This document shows positions 16,649 through 24,881 of a DNA stretch of 64,000 nucleotides, piece after piece (position 1 is the stretch's first letter; each line of letters opens with the position of its first letter). A program made the translations under genes and the position numbers. Origin of the DNA: an uncultured Acidobacteriota bacterium (GTDB lineage: Bacteria; Acidobacteriota; Thermoanaerobaculia; UBA5066; Gp7-AA6); NCBI GenBank assembly GCA_963764025.1, contig CAVXRK010000011.1:320999-384998 (forward strand), written 5' to 3'. Below the pieces are notes generated by a model that saw only the letters and a list, made by a program, of their open reading frames with translations, was not told the DNA's origin and did not search any database.

Positions 16649-17655
16649 TCAGGCGGAGCGTGGGGGCGGGAAGCGTCCGGCCTGGACGTCGCTCAGGAAA
16701 CCCAGGAGGTGCCGGAAGTAGGGCTCCTGGTCGTCCCACATCGCGAGGTGGCTGCCGTTCTCGCAAATCGCCACCCGGGAACGCGGAAGAAGGGTCCCCA
16801 TCCGGCGGATGTCGTCCGGGTTCATCTCGTCGTACTTCGCGCCGACGACGAGCGTCGGAACGGAGATCTTCGAAGGTCGTCCCAGCGGTCCCAGTCCTTG
16901 AAGGTCCCCGTCACGACGAACTCGTTGGGCCCCTGCATCGTGCCGTAGACCTGGTTGTTGATGTGCTTGAACGCGCGCGCGACCGGGTCCGGCCAGGGAT
17001 CGACGCGGCACACGTGACGCTTGTAGACCCCCTCGTACATCGCCTCCTGGTACTCGGGAGCGTCGTACTTGCCCTGGGCTTCGTACTTCTCGAGCGTCGC
17101 CAGCAGATCCTTCGGCAGCGCCGCGCGGAGCTTCGCGACGTAGGCCATGTACGACGGAATCGAGGCCGTCATGCTCGAGAGCACCAGGCCCTTCAGGTGC
17201 TTCTGGTATTTCAGCGCGTACTCGATCGCGAGCATGCTGCCCCAGGACTGACCATAGAGATAGAAGTCCTCGAGCCCGAGGGCCGACCGCACCTGCTCGA
17301 CCTCCTCGCGGAACCGGTCGATCCTCCAGAGCGACGGGTCGTCGGGCTGGTCGGAGTAGAAGGATCCGAGCTGGTCGTAGTAGTAGAACTCGACGCCCGC
17401 CTGCGGCAGGAAGTCTTCGAAGCACTCGAAGTACTCGTGCGTGACGCCCGGCCCGCCGTGGAGCGTCAGCATCTTGATCGGTCCCCTGCCGAGCTTCTTC
17501 GTCCAGACCTTGTACTTGCCGTCGACGGGGATCAGCCGGATGCCGGCGGTCTTGACCGCGGGTGTCGGCGCGGGACCCGGCCCCGCCGCGGCGAAGCGGG
17601 AGTGGGCGAGCGATGCGGCGGCGAGGGAGAGGAGAGTCCGGCGGTCGAGAGGCAT
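16649..17655 (-). CDS. exported alpha/beta hydrolase, proline iminopeptidase-like (S33 family); frameshift near 16850
   Basis: Tat/Sec-like N-terminus MPLDRRTLLSLAAASLA. HGGPGVTHEYF. Nucleophile elbow GQSWGS. The C-terminus continues in another frame (PKISVPTLVVGAKYDEMNPDDIRRMGTLLPRSRVAICENGSHLAMWDDQEPYF). Confidence 0.7.
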
Positions 17656-17754
17656 GGAGCGAATAGTAGGACAGACCGCAGACGGCAGACCGCGGACGGC
17701 AGAAGGAAAGGACGGCAGAGGCGCCGGGCCGTCTGCCGTCCGCCGTCCTGACCG

Positions 17755-18075
17755 CTACGACTTCTTGACCGACTTCTTGGCCGCCGGCTTTTCCGCCGCC
17801 ACCTTCGTCAGGCTCCCGCCCTGGATCTTCAGACAGGTCTCGGGTTCGAGCCGCAGGAACCCCTGGCCCTTGCAGGCATTCGAGCCGTGGCAGCCGGAGT
17901 GGCGGCATCCTTCGGCGCCGCAGTCGCCGGTGCCCTTGCACTTGTTGACGCCCCAGCACGGCTTGAGCTTGCCGTCGTCGGGAGCGGGTTTCTGGTCCTG
18001 GGCCCGGAGAGCCGCCGGCAGCGACAGCACTCCGGCCAGCGCGGCCGCGAGCAGGGACTTCGACCGAGGGTTCAT
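17755..18075 (-). CDS. DUF2282-type Sec-signal Cys-rich RiPP precursor (bufferin BufA1-like)
   Basis: [35 protein letters not shown] signal peptide. Core: KPCWGVNKCKGTGDCGAEGCRHSGCHGSNACKGQGFLRLEPETCLKIQGGSL matches the DUF2282 pattern (C.G..KC..DC....sC.G.n.CKG.G....TC....GG). Its ATG overlaps the stop of the DUF2063 gene (ATGA). Confidence 0.8.
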   Translation of the reverse strand: MNPRSKSLLAAALAGVLSLPAALRAQDQKPAPDDGKLKPCWGVNKCKGTGDCGAEGCRHSGCHGSNACKGQGFLRLEPETCLKIQGGSLTKVAAEKPAAKKSVKKS

Positions 18076-18932
18076 GAGAATTCCTCCTTGAGGACGTCGA
18101 GAGCCCCGGTCCATCCGGTGCTCCGCTTGATCACGAAGACGTCGCGCTCGGCGAGAGCGCGGAACGACTCGACGAGGCGGTGGAGCCCGGCCGCGTCCGA
18201 GCCGGCGCCCGTCAGCTCCTGCAGGTCCGGAAGCGTCGCGTCGCCGCACGACGCGGCCTCGACGAGGGCGGCCTCGGCGTCGTCGATCCGTTCGACGCGC
18301 ACGCGGCCGTCGCGGCGGAAGATCAGGACGTTCGCGGGCCGGCCCTCGAGGGCGATCGAGATCGCCTCGTCGTCATCCTCGAATCGGCAGGCCCAGAGCT
18401 CGTCGAGCGGCCAGGCCGAGCGCACGAGCGCGACACCCGGAAGAAGGCCGAACCGCAGGGCGAGGAGCTCCTCGGGGGTGCGGCGGCGCAGGTCCTCCCA
18501 TCGGGCGGGGGTTGCGTCCGCCGCGACGAACGACTCGCCGATGGTCCGCTCCAGCCGTGCGAGGTCCGGCAGGAACGGGAGGTCCACGGTCGCCCGGTCG
18601 AACTCGAGAAAGGCAGGGAGCCGGTCGCCGACGCGGGCGAGGTCGAACGAGCGGGGCGGGAAGACGCCGAGGTAGCGCGTCATGAGCGCCTCGAAGGCGT
18701 CGGCGCCGAGGATCCGCCGGATCGCCGCGTACTCGAGGCCCGCGACCTCGACGATCCGGGCCACGTAGCCGTGGGCGTAGACGTGCCAGCGGTCGGCGAC
18801 CGATCCGCGGCGGGGCCGGCGGAAGGCCGTCTCGCGTTCCGCCTCCGACCGCGGCCGCCGGCCGGTGAGGTCGTCGATGAAACCCTGCTGCGCGAGACGA
18901 AGCTCGTGGACGTCAGGCCGCGGTCGCCGCAT
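18072..18932 (-). CDS. DUF2063-family protein (second copy)
   Basis: [24 protein letters not shown]...[54 protein letters not shown]. 286 aa. Located between the MNIO and precursor genes. Confidence 0.7.
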   Translation of the reverse strand: MRRPRPDVHELRLAQQGFIDDLTGRRPRSEAERETAFRRPRRGSVADRWHVYAHGYVARIVEVAGLEYAAIRRILGADAFEALMTRYLGVFPPRSFDLARVGDRLPAFLEFDRATVDLPFLPDLARLERTIGESFVAADATPARWEDLRRRTPEELLALRFGLLPGVALVRSAWPLDELWACRFEDDDEAISIALEGRPANVLIFRRDGRVRVERIDDAEAALVEAASCGDATLPDLQELTGAGSDAAGLHRLVESFRALAERDVFVIKRSTGWTGALDVLKEEFS

Positions 18933-19780
18933 GAAACGCCTCCTCCGAATTTCGCTGAATCTCTTCGGCGCGCCGCGCCTCGGCGAGCACCGTCGCGAGC
19001 GGCGGGATTGCCGCGTCCCACTCGATGAGGGTCGGCACGGGGCCAAACCGGGCCACGGCGGACCGATAGAGGCCCCAGACCGCGTCGGCGACGGGATGGT
19101 CGTGGGTGTCGATGACGAGGTCGCCGTGGTCTTCGTGGCCGGCCAGATGCATCTGCCCGACCCGATGCGCCGGCAGCCGCCTGAGGAAACGCCGCGCGTC
19201 GAGGCCGTGGTTGCGGGCGTTGACGTAGAGGTTGTTGACGTCGAGCAGGATCCCGCAGTCGGCTTCGTCCGCGACCGCCGCGAGGAAGTCCGCCTCCGAG
19301 AGGCGGGACGCCGCGTGCTCGACGTAGCTCGAGATGTTCTCGACGAGGATGCGGCGGCCCGAGGAACTCCTGGACGCTCGCGGATCTTCCGCGCCGCGCG
19401 ACACACGGCCTCTTCGGTGAGCAGCAGCGGGAGCAGGTCGTGGCTGTTGTGGCCGCCGAGGCCGGTCCAGCAGAGGTGGTCCGAGACGATGACCGGAGCA
19501 CGCGGTCACAGAGGGCCTTGAGGCGACGCAGGTATCCGCCATCGACGGGCTCGGCCGAACCGAGCGACATCGAGACGCCGTGGAGCGCGACCGGGTAGTC
19601 CCGGCGCACTCGGTCGAGCATCGCGAGCGGGCGGCCCCCGTCGACCATGAAGTTCTCCGAGATCGCTTCGAAGAACGGAACCGCAGGCCGCTCGGCGAGG
19701 ATTTCGTCGAAGTGCTCCTTGCGCAGACCGATCCCGCATCCCGCGAAGCCGCGCGGGCGAAAGCCGCGCCCGCGTTTCAC
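18913..19780 (-). pseudogene. DUF692 MNIO (second copy), broken by about 3 frameshifts (GGG runs and others)
   Basis: Frame 1: [28 protein letters not shown]...[28 protein letters not shown]. Frame 3: [30 protein letters not shown]. Frame 2: [12 protein letters not shown]...[18 protein letters not shown]...MHLAGH...[16 protein letters not shown]...[11 protein letters not shown]. Confidence 0.65.
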
Positions 19781-19784
19781 TTGA

Positions 19785-20243
19785 TCACCGCCGCCCCGCG
19801 AGGGCGATCTCCTCGTCGACCTGGGGCGAATCGCCCGAGACGCCGATCGCGCCGACGAACTGGCCGCCCGAGAAGATCGGCACGCCGCCCTGGAGCGGAG
19901 TGAAGTCCTCGAGGGCGAGCGTGACGATGCGGCCGTTCCTGACCTGCTCCTCGAAGTACCGCGTCGGCCGCTTGAAGTGCGCCGCGGTGCGCGCCTTGCC
20001 GATGCCGACCTTGATCGAGCCGACCTGCGTCGTGTCGAGCCGCTCGAGGAGGAGCAGATTCCCCGCGTCGTCGACGAGGACGATCACGACCGGGAGCCCC
20101 CGCCGTTTCGCGTCGGCTTCCGCGGCCGCGGCCGCCGCCTTCGCGCCCTCGAGGGTGAGAACCTTCTTGTCCGCGACCTGCTCCGCGCGGGCGGAGGCGG
20201 TGAAGATCGTCATTGCGAGCAGAGTCGTGGCGGTTTTGTTCAT
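19785..20243 (-). CDS. secreted DUF336 protein (GlcG/HbpS-like heme-binding family)
   Basis: Signal peptide [20 protein letters not shown]. Core: [21 protein letters not shown]...[12 protein letters not shown]....[39 protein letters not shown]. Confidence 0.75.
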   Translation of the reverse strand: MNKTATTLLAMTIFTASARAEQVADKKVLTLEGAKAAAAAAEADAKRRGLPVVIVLVDDAGNLLLLERLDTTQVGSIKVGIGKARTAAHFKRPTRYFEEQVRNGRIVTLALEDFTPLQGGVPIFSGGQFVGAIGVSGDSPQVDEEIALAGRR

Positions 20244-20299
20244 ATCAGCGTCCTCGGAAATTCGATGCCGGCGCAGCGCCCGCGTTTCCGAAACGAAAC

Positions 20300-20400
20300 G
20301 GGGTCAGGTCTGGATTTTTCGGATCGTGCGAATCGGGAAGCGGTCGCGGCCGCCCGCTCGATCCAAACCGAAAAAACGAGACCTGACCCCGCCTAGAAGC
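20300..20400. repeat. long imperfect inverted repeat (GGGGTCAGGTCTGGATTTTTCGG ... CCGAAAAAACGAGACCTGACCCC), REP-like arms
   Basis: The arms share GGGGTCAG with the REP family. Lies between the gluconolactonase stop and the DUF336 start. Possible terminator or REPIN variant. Confidence 0.5.
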
Positions 20401-20402
20401 CC

Positions 20403-21340
20403 TAGCCGCGGGTCGTCGTGCGGATGCGGCCGATCGAGTGGTTCGCGGCCACGAAGAGAGTCGAGCCGTCTTCGCCGAAGGCGCAGTTGCCGGTGGCCAC
20501 ACCCGTCTCGATCGAGCCGAGGAGGGCGCCGTCGGGCGCGAACACGGAGACGCCCCGGGCGCCGCGGCCCACACGTTGCCGTGGACGTCGACCTTGAGGC
20601 TGTCGGGAACGCCCGGGCCGGAGGCCGCCCAGGCACGAGCCGTCGTGGAAGCACTCGCGCGGGCCCGAGCGTGCCGTCGGGCTTCACGTCGAAGGCCGTA
20701 CCAGACGGGCCGCGCGGGATCGGCGTTGGCGACGTAGAGCGTCTTCTCGTCGGGGGAGAAGCCGATCCCGTTGGTGGCCCGCGACCTCGGATGGTCAGCA
20801 GCGTCAGCGACGCCGTCCCGCGCGAGCCGGTAGACGCCCTGGAACGGGAGCTCTTTGGCCGGGATCGCCGAAGCGCGCGCGGGCAGGCCGAAGGGCGGGT
20901 CGGTGAAGTAGAGATCGCCGTTCGATTTGAAGGTCAGGTCGTTAGGGCTGTTGAGGCGCTTTCCGTCGAACCGGTCGGCCAGGACCGGTCAAGGCGGCCG
21001 TCCGCCTCGCGGCGCACGATCCGCCGGTCGCCGTGCTGGCAGAAGATCAGCCGGCCCTGCGAGTCGAAGGTCGAGCCCGTTCGAGCCGGGCTCGCGGCCC
21101 GGTGAACGGCGCGGCGCCCGGAGTATCCGCTCGGCGAGAGGTAGGTCGGTCAGGCCCTCGCCCGCCTTCCAGCGGAGGATCGCGTTCGAAGGGACGTCGG
21201 AGAAAAGGAGGGCCTTCTCGCGTCGCGATCCCAGACCGGCCCCTCCGCCCAGGCCACGCCGTCGGCGACCCGTCTCGAGCGTCGCACCGGCGCGGCAGCG
21301 AGCGCGTCGAGGCGCGCGTCCTTGCGGACCACGCGGCCGA
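20403..21340 (-). pseudogene. SMP-30/gluconolactonase/LRE-like (SGL) protein, copy A, multiply frameshifted
   Basis: N-terminal ADGVAWAEGPVWD...ALLFSDVPSNAILRWKAGEG. C-terminal GVPDSLKVDVHGNVWAAAPG, then after a shift in a GGGG run GVSVFAPDGALLGSIETGVATGNCAFGEDGSTLFVAANHSIGRIRT*. Boundaries are approximate. Confidence 0.55.
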
Positions 21341-21344
21341 GCGG

Positions 21345-22345
21345 GCCCGAGGGACGGATGCCCGGAATCCCCAGCCGCATCTTGTAGAGGCCCGATCCGG
21401 GCGCAGAGGTAGAGCGTCTTGCCGTCCTCGTCTCCCCACGCGAAGTTGTGCGGGTGCTTCGGCGGCACGATCGTTCCGAGGTGGCTGCCGTCGGGCCCGA
21501 GAGGATCCACAGCCCGCCGGGCCCGAGACGTAGAGGTTGCCCTGCCGCGTCGACCTTGATCCCGTCGAGCGCGTCCTCGCCGGGCGCCGCGGTCATATCG
21601 AAGAACACCTCGCCCGTTCGCCGAGCCGTGCCGTCGGCGTCGGACTCGTAGCGCATGATGACCTTCTTCTTCTCGTCCCAGTGGCCGACGTAGAGGAATT
21701 CTCGTCGGGCGAGAAGGCGATGCCGTTCGGCCCGGTCAGCTCGGTGCGTCAGCAGCTGCAGCTTGCCTTCCTGCGCAGCGCGTAGACGCCGCTGAACGGC
21801 AGCTCCTTGCGCGGGTCGTCGAAGAATTTCGGGAGGCCGAACGGCGGGTCGGTGAAGTAGAGCGTGCCGTCCGACCGGTAGACGAGGTCGTTCGGGCTGT
21901 TGAGACGCTTGCCCTCGTACCGGTCGGCGAGCACCGTCATCGCGCCGTCCTGTCCAGGCGGACGACGCGGCGGTTGCCGTGCTGGTCGATGGTGAGCCGG
22001 CCCTCGCGCGTCGAGCGTGAGGCCGTTGGAGCCGGGCTGGCCGTACTCGGCGATGTCGGCGCCGGAGTACCCGCTCGGGCTGCCGGAAGGACCGAGACGC
22101 TGGCCCGTCGGGCGCGTATTGTAGATGATGTTGGCTGTTGGGGTCGCGAGAAGAGCAGGTACCTCCGTCGGCGCACCCAGACCGGGCCTTCGGTGAACTG
22201 GAAGCCCTCCGCGAGCTTCCAGACCTTCGGGTTCGGCCCGCACGATCGCGTCGAGCGCCGGATCGTTGCGGACCACCTCACGTTCACCTCGGCCGGCGTG
22301 ATCGCATCGGCGCCGGATCGCCCGGGTAGAATTCGAGCGTGGCGC
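21345..22345 (-). pseudogene. SGL gluconolactonase-like protein, copy B (tandem paralog), multiply frameshifted
   Basis: Pieces lie in three frames: PKVWKLAEGFQFTEGPVW; GKRLNSPNDLVYRSDGTLYFTDPPFGLPKFFDDPRKELPFSGVY; GIKVDAAGQP..GGLWIL; GSHLGTIVPPKHPHNFAWGDEDGKTLYLCA. Confidence 0.5.
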
Positions 22346-22959
22346 ATGCGGATCTAGATGAAGTTCGTCGGCGGATTCGAGAGCGGGCCGTTGATGCCGA
22401 AGATCGCGAGCTGGATCTTCTGGCCGGGCTTCACGTCGCGGCCGACGACCAGGCGGTTGGGGGCGTTCCAGCCGGCGACCACGCGAGCCGCCCCTCTGCC
22501 CGAGGCGACGCGTGCAGCTCGCCGTCGACCCAGACCTCGGCGTAGTCGTCGAGCGACGTCTCGAAGACGACCGTCGATGCCGGTCGTGATCGAAGTCGCC
22601 GACCTTCGCCGGAATCGTCGACGCGCGATGCGGTACCAGTTGAAGCAGAGCCGGCCGGTGCGCGCGCCGCGGCTCCGAGCGCGTCGGAGCGATCGACTCC
22701 CATCCGAGTCGTCGAAGTCCGCCCCGCCGGCGTGCGGCGTCGTAGTCGTAGGTCTCGACCGGCCGGCGCCGGTCGGCTGGTTGTCGGGGCCGGGCCCGCG
22801 GAAATCCGTCTCGACGATCGAGGCGTCGCTGTAGCGCCACTGGCCTTCGACGAGCGTCACGCCCTTCGGCCGTCGCGAGATCGATCGCCGCCTCGGGCGC
22901 GCCCGTCGGCGCGTCCTGGGGCGCCGGCTGCGAAAGAGCGGCGGCGGCGCCGAGGAGAA

Positions 22960-23335
22960 GCGCCGCCGCCGCGAGGAGGACCGGTTTCGTGGCGACATCG
23001 TCAGCGCACCTTCACGACGTAGTAGCTGAATGGCCGCCGGGACCTTCTGGAACCAGTGGGGCATGCCCGCCGGAACGATCATGACGTCACCCTTCTCGAG
23101 CTGCCGCGTCTCGCCGGCGGCGATCGACGGCGCCGCGGACCTCGTCCGGCGCGGTCGTCTTCGGGTCGACCACCGTGCCGCCCGTCACGAACGTGGCCGT
23201 GCCGTCGAGAACGTAGATGATGTCGGCGTCCTTGCGCGTGGACCTCCGCCATGGCCGGCCCCGTCGCGCCGCGTGGCGTGGACCATGTAGCGCTCGCCCT
23301 GGTCGAAGAGCACCGCGCCCTTCGCGAAGGCCGCC
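22960..23335 (-). pseudogene. cupin-domain protein, frameshifted; possibly contiguous with the upstream DUF336 ORF
   Basis: AAFAKGAVLFDQGERYMVHATRRDG...DADIIYVLDGTATFVTGGTVVDPKTTAPDEVRG...GDVMIVPAGMPHWFQKVP is spread over three frames. Confidence 0.45.
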
Positions 23336-23339
23336 CGGA

Positions 23340-23859
23340 CCGTGGCCGGCGTCGAAATAGGTGACCTTCGCCGGCGCCGCCCCGACCGCCGCGGCCCCGA
23401 GCGATCGCGAGCTCCTCGTCCTGCGGCCGCGCTGGCCGCGCCGCGAGACGCCGACCGCGCCGACGATCGGCGCCGTCGACCATGATCGGCACCCCGCCCC
23501 GGAGCGGCGTGAAGTCGCCCACCGTCGTCATGGCGGTGCGGCCCTTGTTGATCAGGTCTTCGAAGAAGCTCGTCGGCTTCTTGAAGAGCGCCGCGGTCCG
23601 CGCCTTGCCGATCGAGATCAGCCCGCCCGCGGCGAAGGTCCCGTCGATCCGCTCGACGGCCATGAGGTTCCCGCCGTCGTCCACGACCGCGATCGCGCCG
23701 GTCGTGCTGCGCTTCTTCGCTTCGCCGACGATCGCGCCGATCGCCCGGTGCGCCCCGTCGAGAGTCAGCGTCTTCTTCTCCATCCACTGGCCGCGCGCCC
23801 GCCGCGGAGATCAGCATCCCCGCGGCCGTCCAGGCCAGGATCGCATTGCGTCGCATCGT
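23340..23859 (-). pseudogene. second DUF336 (GlcG/HbpS-like) gene with a signal peptide, frameshifted
   Basis: MRRNAILAWTAAGMLISAAGA (frame a), then [69 protein letters not shown]...GGVPIMVDG...QDEELAIA (frame b). Confidence 0.55.
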
Positions 23860-24138
23860 CGTCGCCTCCTTGTTTCTCGCCCGTTGGATGCCGTCGCCCC
23901 CGGCCCGTTTCCGGCGAAACCCGGGGCGCGGCCCGGGCACCCACCGCGCCAAGGAGGCACACGCCATGCGCACCCGGTCGTTACTCGGAATCGCTCTGGC
24001 CGCGGCAGCTCCCGCACATGCGCGCCTCGTTCGAGAAGCGGCAGCGGGAGGGCTGGATGACCCGGATCACTCTGTGGAAGCGGGTCGGGGACTGAAGGGG
24101 ACTGGAGGCGGGTGGGTGGCGGGCGTGCCTTCTGCCTT

Positions 24139-24405
24139 CTAGGGCTTCGCCCGCGCCTTGAGGATCGCCCGGACGAGTTCTTCGGGCGCCTCGTCGGCGG
24201 CCGGCCGGTCCGGATCCGCGTAGGCGGCGCGGCCGAGCCGGATCGACTCCTGGTACTGGCGGATGTATTCCCGGCAGGGGTCGCAGACGCCGAGGTGCCG
24301 CTCGAACTCGCGGTGGCGATCTCCCGGCAGCTCGTTTTCGAGATACAGGTAGAGGAAGTCCAGCAGTTCCCGGCAGGTGATGTAGGGACGCTGGTCGGCG
24401 CTCAT
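24139..24405 (-). CDS. ZAS-type (zf-HC2) anti-sigma factor-like protein, 88 aa
   Basis: MSADQRPYITCRELLDFLYLYLENELPGDRHREFERHLGVCDPCREYIRQYQESIRL carries the HxxxCxxC motif. Confidence 0.7.
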   Translation of the reverse strand: MSADQRPYITCRELLDFLYLYLENELPGDRHREFERHLGVCDPCREYIRQYQESIRLGRAAYADPDRPAADEAPEELVRAILKARAKP

Positions 24406-24508
24406 GAGGGGCTCACACTTCACTCCCGACCCTTCGATGCCGGTGCGGGGGGGAGGTTTCGGCGGATTTTCGGACGATCCCGATCTTTGACATAATCCGC
24501 CCACTCTC

Positions 24509-24844
24509 ATGGATCTGGCGACGCGCGAAGACGGCGGGGTGACGATCATCACGGTCACGGGGGACCTCGTGATCGGCGACGCCGAGTCCAACTTCAAGAA
24601 GGCCGTCACGCGCCTTCTCGAGGAGGGCCGCGTGAACCTCCTCATCGACCTTTCCGCCGTAGGGTTCCTCGACAGCTCGGGTCTCGGCGCCCTGGTGCGG
24701 GCGCTGACGAACTCGCAGAAGGAAGGCGGCCAGACCAAGCTGCTGAACGCCGGGCCCCAGATTCGCAAGCTCCTCCAGATGACCAAGCTCGATTCGGTCT
24801 TCGAGATCCACGAGGACATGGAGGCGGCCGTCTCGAGCTTCTGA
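24509..24844 (+). CDS. STAS-domain anti-sigma-factor antagonist (SpoIIAA-like)
   Basis: ITVTGDLVIGDAESNFKKAVTRLLEEGRVNLLIDLSAVGFLDSSGLGALVRAL...KLLNAGPQIRKLLQMTKLDSVFEIH. Confidence 0.8.
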   Translation: MDLATREDGGVTIITVTGDLVIGDAESNFKKAVTRLLEEGRVNLLIDLSAVGFLDSSGLGALVRALTNSQKEGGQTKLLNAGPQIRKLLQMTKLDSVFEIHEDMEAAVSSF

Positions 24845-24881
24845 CCCCGGTGATTCCTTTGCCGTTTCCGGAAGGAGATCG

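Noticed and set aside
24845-24881. Possible sigma54 promoter CGGTGATTCCTTTGCC between the STAS gene and the GAF–HlyD gene
   Set aside because: Only the -12 TTGC is good. The genes are 37 nt apart and may simply be co-transcribed.
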